The notes under the pieces were generated by a model. The model did not search any database. It saw only the letters and a program-made list of their open reading frames with translations, and had not been told where the DNA came from. 64,000 nucleotides of DNA from an uncultured Solirubrobacterales bacterium. GTDB taxonomy: Bacteria > Actinomycetota > Thermoleophilia > Solirubrobacterales > JBBDJG01. Location of the stretch: the NCBI GenBank assembly GCA_963716195.1, contig OY970293.1:1014119-1078118 (forward strand), in the 5' to 3' direction. This document shows, one piece after another, positions 58,635-64,000 of the stretch (positions are counted from its first letter, which is position 1; each line of letters begins with the position of its first letter). The position numbers and the translations under genes were made by a program.

Positions 58635-59511
58635 GCACCTGGTCCCGGAGTCGGGAGCCGGCGCCCGGCTGGACGCGTGGCTCGCGGACGTGCTCGAAGG
58701 CGGCTCCCGCGCGCTGGCCCAGCGCCTGATCGACGCCGGCGCGGTCGAGGTCGACGGCCGCCCGCGACCCAAGTCGTTCCGCCTGCGCGGGGGCGAGCGC
58801 GTGCGCACCATGCTCGAGCCTGAGCAGCGGGAGAGCGAGGCAACCGCGCCGCCGCAGCCGCGCATCGTTCACGAGGACGGCAGCCTGCTCGTGGTCGACA
58901 AGCCCGCCGGGCTGGTCGTGCACCCGGCGCCGGGCCACGGATCGGTAACCCTGATCGAGCTGCTGGAGCGAAGGAGCGGGCCGGAGCTCGATCCGCGTGT
59001 CGTGCACAGGCTCGACCGGGACACGTCCGGTCTGATGGTGGTAGCTAAGGGCGAGCCCGCACAGCTGTCGCTCCAGCACTCGCTGCGGCGGCGAGAGATC
59101 GAGCGTGAGTACCTCGCGCTCGTGAAGGGCCGCCTCGGCTCGCGCTCAGGAACCATCGAGGCGCCCCTCGGCCGCGATCCGCGCCGGCGGACACGCATGT
59201 CCACCCGCACCGAGAAGCCGAGGGAGGCTCGCACCCACTTCACGGTCGATCGCTTTATCGACGGCTACACCCTCGTGCGCGCTCGGCTCGAGACCGGGCG
59301 CACCCATCAGATCAGGGCACACTTCGCCGCGATCGGCCACGCTGTCTGTGGCGATCCCGAATACGGCGGGCGCGGCCTGCTGGGGCTCGAGCGGCAGTTC
59401 CTGCACAGCGCGCGCCTGGCGCTGCCACACCCGGAGACCGGGGAGAGGCTGGAGTGGTCGTCACCGCTTCCAGACGACCTCGAGGCCGCACTGGCTAAAC
59501 TCCTCCACTGA
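58618..59511 (+). CDS. rluD: RluA-family 23S rRNA pseudouridine synthase (RluD-like) with N-terminal S4 domain
   Basis: LLVVDKPAGLVVHP, HRLDRDTSGLMVVAK, GRTHQIRAHFA. Confidence 0.9.
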   Translation: MKQRVEHLVPESGAGARLDAWLADVLEGGSRALAQRLIDAGAVEVDGRPRPKSFRLRGGERVRTMLEPEQRESEATAPPQPRIVHEDGSLLVVDKPAGLVVHPAPGHGSVTLIELLERRSGPELDPRVVHRLDRDTSGLMVVAKGEPAQLSLQHSLRRREIEREYLALVKGRLGSRSGTIEAPLGRDPRRRTRMSTRTEKPREARTHFTVDRFIDGYTLVRARLETGRTHQIRAHFAAIGHAVCGDPEYGGRGLLGLERQFLHSARLALPHPETGERLEWSSPLPDDLEAALAKLLH

Positions 59512-59542
59512 GCGTCCCGCTGGTGCGGGACGCGGTTTCTGT
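59512..59542 (+). terminator. Intrinsic terminator after rluD
   Basis: GCGTCCCGC-tggt-GCGGGACGC (59512-59533) followed by GGTTTCTGT. Confidence 0.65.
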
Positions 59543-59664
59543 AGTCCAAGCCCCGGCCAGTGCGGTTGTGGCCCTGCCCGGATTGCGAGCCTCAGCGGCT
59601 CGGCGCTCCGGGTCCACGACGGCGGGACCGGGATTCCAGGTCCAAACCACAAAGGGAGCACGCG

Positions 59665-60651
59665 ATGGCTCAAGTCGGCATACGAGAGCTGCTCGAAGCC
59701 GGTGTCCACTTCGGTCACCAGACGCGCCGCTGGCATCCGAAGATGCGGCGCTACATCTTCGGGGAGCGCGACGGCATCTACATCATCGATCTCGAGCGCA
59801 CAGAGGTGCTGCTCGAACGGGCGCGCCAGTTCGCGCACGACGTCGCCGCCCGCGGCGGGGTCATCCTGTTCGTCGGCACGAAGAAGCAGGCGAAGGACGC
59901 GATCAAGGACTACGCAGAGGCGGCCGGCATGCCGTTCGTCAACGAGCGCTGGCTGGGCGGCCTGCTGACGAACTTCCAGACCATCAGCAAGCGCATCGAG
60001 CGCCTGCACGACCTCCAGCGACAGGTTGAGGAGGGGCAGCTCGACCTCCTGCCGACGAAGGAACGGATGTCGATGGAGGCGGAGCTGCGCAAGCTGCAGA
60101 CGAACCTGAGCGGCGTCAAGGACATGTCGCGCCTGCCGGACGCGGTGTTCGTGATCGACCTGAAGGTCGAGGAGATCGGCGTCCGTGAGGCCCGCCGGCT
60201 CGCCATCCCGACGATCGGGCTGGTTGACACGAATTGCGACCCTCAGCTCGTCGACTACGTCATCCCAGGCAACGACGACGCCATGCGCTCCTGCGAGGCG
60301 ATCATCCGCGCGATCGGGGAGACCGCGCGTGAGGCGCGCCAGGGTTTCCTGAAGGAGGAGCAGATACGTCTCGAGGCCGAGGAGAAGGCACGCAAGGAGG
60401 CCGAGGAGAAGGCGCGACGCGAGGCCGAGGAAGCCGCTGCGCGCGAAGCCGAGGAGCAGGCCAAGCGCGAGGCGCAGGAGCGAGCAAAGGCCGAGGCGCA
60501 GGCCGCGCAGGCACGCGCCGAAGCACAGGCGCAAGCACAGGCACCGCCGGCCCAGGCTCCGGCCGCTGAGGCCCCCGCGGCGAAGGAGGCGCCGGCGGCA
60601 CCCGCAGAGCAGGCTCCGGCCGAGGCGCCGGCCGAGGAGGCAAAGCAATGA
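59665..60651 (+). CDS. rpsB: 30S ribosomal protein S2 with a long Ala/Glu/Lys-rich C-terminal extension
   Basis: [43 protein letters not shown] 59665 is preceded by AAGGGAG. The C-terminal tail of about 95 aa is low complexity ([18 protein letters not shown]...APAAEAPAA). Confidence 0.95.
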   Translation: MAQVGIRELLEAGVHFGHQTRRWHPKMRRYIFGERDGIYIIDLERTEVLLERARQFAHDVAARGGVILFVGTKKQAKDAIKDYAEAAGMPFVNERWLGGLLTNFQTISKRIERLHDLQRQVEEGQLDLLPTKERMSMEAELRKLQTNLSGVKDMSRLPDAVFVIDLKVEEIGVREARRLAIPTIGLVDTNCDPQLVDYVIPGNDDAMRSCEAIIRAIGETAREARQGFLKEEQIRLEAEEKARKEAEEKARREAEEAAAREAEEQAKREAQERAKAEAQAAQARAEAQAQAQAPPAQAPAAEAPAAKEAPAAPAEQAPAEAPAEEAKQ

Positions 60652-61244
60652 GCATCTCCGCATCGGACGTGAAGGCGCTGCGCGACCGCACCGGCGCGGG
60701 GATGATGGAGTGCAAGAAGGCGTTGGAGGAGGCCGCAGGCGATACGGACAAGGCCGTCGACCTACTGCGGGTGAAGGGCCAGGCGAAGGCCGCCAAGCGC
60801 GGCGAGCGCCAGGCCACCGAGGGCGCCATCTCCCACTACGTCCACTCCAACCACAAGATCGGCGTGATCGTCGAGGTCGACTGCGAGACCGACTTCGTCG
60901 CCCGCAACGACGAGTTCAGGCAGTTCGCTCGCGACGTCGCGCTCCACGTCGCCGCCGCCGCCCCGCGGTGGGTGTCCGAGGACGAGGTGCCGGACGACGC
61001 GAAAGCCGCCGAGCTTGCGATCTTCGAGCAGCAGGCCTCGGACAAGCCCGAGAACGTCCGCGCGAAGGTCGCCGAGGGCAAACTGCGCAAGTGGCTGGAG
61101 GAGGTCGTGCTCCTGAACCAGCCGCATGTCAACGCCGACAGGTACGGCGGGCAGACGATCGAGCAGATCAGGGCCGACGTCTCGGCCAAGACCGGCGAGA
61201 ACGTCGTGATCCGCCGGTTCGCCCGCTTCGCGGTCGGCGAGTAG
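60648..61244 (+). CDS. tsf: Elongation factor Ts (short form)
   Basis: [42 protein letters not shown]. Confidence 0.92.
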   Translation: MSISASDVKALRDRTGAGMMECKKALEEAAGDTDKAVDLLRVKGQAKAAKRGERQATEGAISHYVHSNHKIGVIVEVDCETDFVARNDEFRQFARDVALHVAAAAPRWVSEDEVPDDAKAAELAIFEQQASDKPENVRAKVAEGKLRKWLEEVVLLNQPHVNADRYGGQTIEQIRADVSAKTGENVVIRRFARFAVGE

Positions 61245-61314
61245 CAGAGAACCTATCCCGATAGAGGTCGCGCCCGTGAATACGTCCTGGATGACTTCAC
61301 ATTGCTTCGTCCTC

Positions 61315-61343
61315 GGGCCCCGATACTGCCGGTATCGGGGCTC
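61315..61343 (+). terminator. GC-rich hairpin downstream of tsf (terminator-like, no T-run)
   Basis: GCCCCGATAC-tgccg-GTATCGGGGC, a 10-bp perfect stem at 61317-61341. Confidence 0.45.
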
Positions 61344-61428
61344 CCTGCGTCCTTGCACCGCTCGTCCCCAGACCGTCCCACGGACACGTCCCCTACCGGC
61401 ATAGGTTCTAGGCGATAGTTTTTCAGCC

Positions 61429-62175
61429 GTGCCTGGTGAAGAACTGGTTGAGGGGGACGGTAAGCCGGCGTTTCGCCGAGTGCTGCTGAAGCTCTCCGGC
61501 GAGGCTCTGCTCGGAACCCAGCAGTTCGGGACCGATCCCGAGCGCATCCATTCCATCGCCCGCACCGTCAGGCGCGTGCGCGAGCGCGGGGTGGAGGTCG
61601 CGATCGTGGTCGGGGGCGGCAACATCTACCGTGGCCTCGAGGGAACGGCGCGCGGCATGGACCGGGCGACCGCCGACTACATGGGCATGCTTGCCACGGT
61701 GCTCAACGCGCTCGCGCTCCAGGACGCGCTCGAGCACGAGGGCGTCGACACGCGCGTGCAGTCGGCGATCGCGGTCTCGGAAGTCTGCGAGCCTTACATC
61801 CGCCGCAGGGCGATGAGGCACATCGAGAAAGGGCGAGTGGTGATCTTCGCCGGTGGCACCGGCAACCCGTTCTTCACCACCGACACGGCCGCCGGACTGC
61901 GCGCGCTCGAGATCCATGCGGAGGCGATCCTGATGGCAAAGAACAACGTGGAGGGCGTGTACGACATGGACCCGCTGCTGCACGACGATGCGACCTTCCT
62001 GCCGGAGATCACGCACGGGGAGGCGATTGAGCGCGGGCTCAAGGTGATGGACTCGACCGCGCTCTCGTTGTGCAAGGACAACGGGCTCCCGATCTACGTC
62101 TTCAACATGTCGGACGAGAGCAACATCGACCGCATCGTGCGAGGCGAGCGCGTGGGCACGCTGGTGGCGACATGA
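61429..62175 (+). CDS. pyrH: UMP kinase
   Basis: [51 protein letters not shown]. Confidence 0.92.
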   Translation: MPGEELVEGDGKPAFRRVLLKLSGEALLGTQQFGTDPERIHSIARTVRRVRERGVEVAIVVGGGNIYRGLEGTARGMDRATADYMGMLATVLNALALQDALEHEGVDTRVQSAIAVSEVCEPYIRRRAMRHIEKGRVVIFAGGTGNPFFTTDTAAGLRALEIHAEAILMAKNNVEGVYDMDPLLHDDATFLPEITHGEAIERGLKVMDSTALSLCKDNGLPIYVFNMSDESNIDRIVRGERVGTLVAT

Positions 62176-62729
62176 TCGACGACCTGCTGAAGGACGCCGA
62201 GGATCGCATGAGCAAGTCGATCGACGCCACACGCAACGAGCTGGCCACCGTTCGCACGGGGCGCGCCTCGCCGCACCTGCTCGACCGTGTGACCGTCGAC
62301 TACTACGGGACCAGCACTCCGCTGAAGCAGCTGGCCAACGTCGCAGCGACGGAGGCACGGCTGCTGACCGTGACGCCGTACGACAAGTCCGCGATCAAGC
62401 AGATGGAGAAGGCGATCATGGAGTCCGACCTGGGGCTGACGCCGTCGAACGACGGCAACCTGATCCGGCTCCAGATCCCGGAGCTGACCGAGGAGCGCCG
62501 CAAGGAGCTCGTCAAGGTCGTGCACGGCATCGCCGAGGAGGGTCGGGTCGCCATCCGCAACATCCGGCGCGACTGCATGCACGATCTGCGGGAGCTGAAG
62601 TCCGAGGGCGAGGTCGGCAAGGACGAGGAGCATCGCGCAGAGGGAGAGCTGCAGAAGCTGACCGACAAGAAGATCGGCGACATCGAAGAGCTCCTCAAGG
62701 GCAAGGAAGAAGAGATCCTGACGCAATGA
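62172..62729 (+). CDS. frr: Ribosome recycling factor
   Basis: [18 protein letters not shown]...[15 protein letters not shown]...[14 protein letters not shown]...IRNIRRD. ATG 62172 overlaps the pyrH stop. Confidence 0.95.
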   Translation: MIDDLLKDAEDRMSKSIDATRNELATVRTGRASPHLLDRVTVDYYGTSTPLKQLANVAATEARLLTVTPYDKSAIKQMEKAIMESDLGLTPSNDGNLIRLQIPELTEERRKELVKVVHGIAEEGRVAIRNIRRDCMHDLRELKSEGEVGKDEEHRAEGELQKLTDKKIGDIEELLKGKEEEILTQ

Positions 62730-63433
62730 CAAACCGTCAGTCCGCAAGCGGACTGACAGGTTCGGGGCGGGATGGGCCCGAGCACGTCGCCATCATCATG
62801 GACGGGAACGCGCGCTGGGCCGCCGAAAACCATCTGCCCGTCCTCGAGGGTCATCGCCAGGGCGCGAAGGCCCTGAAGCAGACGGTGCGAGATGCGCGCG
62901 AGCTCGGAGTTCGCGAGCTGACCGCGTACGCCTTCTCGACGGAGAACTGGACGCGACCGGACTGGGAGGTGGCGGGCCTGATGGAGATGTTCGCCGAGCT
63001 GATCGATTCCGAGATCCCGGAGCTGCATGAAGAGGAGACGCGCGTCCGCTTCATCGGGCGCCGGAACCGGATCTCCGAGCGCCTGCGCGAGCGGATCGAG
63101 TGGGCGGAGGGACTCACCGGCGCGCACCGCGAGCGCACGCTCTTCATCGCCTTCGACTACGGCGGCCGCGCCGAGATCCTCGACGCGGCGGCTCGCTACG
63201 AAGGTGGCGGCGAGGACGCCTTCCGCGCTCTCCTGTACGCGCCCGACATGGTGGAGCCCGAGCTGGTCATCCGCACTAGCGGCGAGCAGCGCCTGTCGAA
63301 CTTCCTGCTTTGGCAATCCGCGTACTCCGAGCTGTACTTCTCCGACAAGCTGTGGCCGGACTTCGATCGCGAAGAGCTGGAGAGGGCACTGGCCGAATAC
63401 GCCTCCAGACAACGACGCTTCGGAGCTCGGTAG
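62726..63433 (+). CDS. uppS: Isoprenyl (undecaprenyl) diphosphate synthase, cis-prenyltransferase family
   Basis: HVAIIMDGNARWA, TAYAFSTENW, IRTSGEQRLSNFLLWQSAYSELYF. Confidence 0.92.
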   Translation: MTNRQSASGLTGSGRDGPEHVAIIMDGNARWAAENHLPVLEGHRQGAKALKQTVRDARELGVRELTAYAFSTENWTRPDWEVAGLMEMFAELIDSEIPELHEEETRVRFIGRRNRISERLRERIEWAEGLTGAHRERTLFIAFDYGGRAEILDAAARYEGGGEDAFRALLYAPDMVEPELVIRTSGEQRLSNFLLWQSAYSELYFSDKLWPDFDREELERALAEYASRQRRFGAR

Positions 63434-63452
63434 TGGTTGTGATCGGCACGTA

Positions 63453-64000
63453 GTGGCCGGTCGGGGGACACGCGCGCGGCGTCCGCGCCGGCCGCCGCCG
63501 CGGCGGCGCGCGCGCAGGCCCAGCACCACCGGGGCGCGCGTCGCGGTCGGTCTTCCCCTGGCCGCCCTCGCGACGTTCGTCATCTGGACCAGCGAGGACC
63601 TCGTTGCGGTGACGGTGATCGTCTTCGGGGTCATCGCCATGTCGGAGCTCTACCGGATGCTCGCCCCCGTCCGTCCGGTCTCCCTGGCCGGCTTCGCCGG
63701 CATGGTCGGGCTGGTTGCCGCGGCGCGCTTCGGCGATCAGTTCCAGATGATCCTGGTGCTGGTCGCCTCGGTCCTGCTCACCTTTCTGTTCGTGCTGGCG
63801 CAGCCCAACCGGCGTCATCCGGCGCTCGGTATCGCCGGGACGATGTTCGGAATCGTCTGGATCGGGCTCGCCTTCTCGCACGGAGTCCTGCTGCGCGGGA
63901 TCGAGCACGGGGACGCGCTCGTGTTCGACGTCGTGCTCGCCACCGTGGTGCACGACACGGGTGCGTACTTCGGCGGCCGGTTGTGGGGCACCCGTCCGCT
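63453..64000 (+). CDS. cdsA: Phosphatidate cytidylyltransferase, 3' end outside window
   Basis: Not in the ORF track because it has no stop. My translation from GTG 63453 gives VAGRGTRARR...VAVGLPLAALATFVIWT...VIAMSELYRML...VHDTGAYFGGRLWGTRP. It has the multi-TM pattern and the D-x-x-A-Y-x-x-G motif, and the expected position after uppS. Confidence 0.8.
   Translation, partial: MAGRGTRARRPRRPPPRRRARRPSTTGARVAVGLPLAALATFVIWTSEDLVAVTVIVFGVIAMSELYRMLAPVRPVSLAGFAGMVGLVAAARFGDQFQMILVLVASVLLTFLFVLAQPNRRHPALGIAGTMFGIVWIGLAFSHGVLLRGIEHGDALVFDVVLATVVHDTGAYFGGRLWGTRP

Noticed and set aside
60340-60648. Repetitive GAGGAGAAGGC/GCCGAGG sequence at the 3' end of rpsB, considered as a tandem repeat or inserted element.
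   Set aside because: It stays in the rpsB frame and encodes an Ala/Glu/Lys/Pro low-complexity tail, a kind of C-terminal S2 extension seen in high-GC Gram-positives. No repeat boundaries or target duplications are present.
61245-61409. 9-nt inverted repeat AGAACCTAT / ATAGGTTCT bracketing the tsf-pyrH spacer, considered as terminal inverted repeats of a MITE.
   Set aside because: It is short enough to be chance. There are no flanking target-site duplications and no second copy in the window. The internal GC hairpin is adequately explained as the tsf terminator.

Overview
High-GC (about 70%) chromosomal segment of actinobacterial type. The 16S sequence and gene content suggest a deep-branching lineage such as Thermoleophilia or Rubrobacteria, but this is inference with no search run. 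Most of the window is conserved housekeeping. It holds a DUF4389/M48 peptidase trio, a serine module (class-V aminotransferase, serA) and a branched-chain amino-acid supercluster (leuA, leuCD, leuB, ilvE, cimA). It also holds a very large secreted sulfatase/Ig-like/beta-propeller protein, argH, mpg, a class A PBP and tyrS. These are followed by one complete rrn operon (16S-23S-5S) and murA. Next comes a his operon (hisZ-G-D-B-H-A-F) in which hisH has an apparent frameshift. The window ends with the tail of the division cluster (pgeF, yggS, sepF, proC, yggT, lspA, rluD) and rpsB-tsf-pyrH-frr-uppS-cdsA. The stand-out is the 23S rRNA gene, which is interrupted twice at universally conserved sites. 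The first interruption is a 770-nt insertion at the E. coli-equivalent U1931|A1932 junction. It carries a single-motif LAGLIDADG homing-endonuclease gene with its own Shine-Dalgarno, but its ends are non-canonical (terminal A instead of omega-G, no obvious internal guide). The second is a 306-nt ORF-less intron at U2500|C2501 with textbook group I features (U.G wobble P1, omega-G, R/S-like core elements, GNRA-capped P9). Secondary signals are listed below.
- A roughly 50-nt intergenic hairpin repeat family has four copies, with a conserved loop and flank and covarying stems.
- A Leu-run leader ORF lies upstream of leuA and a long structured leader lies upstream of leuC.
- A canonical intrinsic terminator lies between tyrS and the 16S leader.
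- Several genes have a conserved N-terminus lying upstream of any canonical start codon.
No CRISPR array, transposase, integrase, prophage or recognisable defence system was seen. All protein calls rest on motif recognition by eye. No database search, covariance model or folding program was run.
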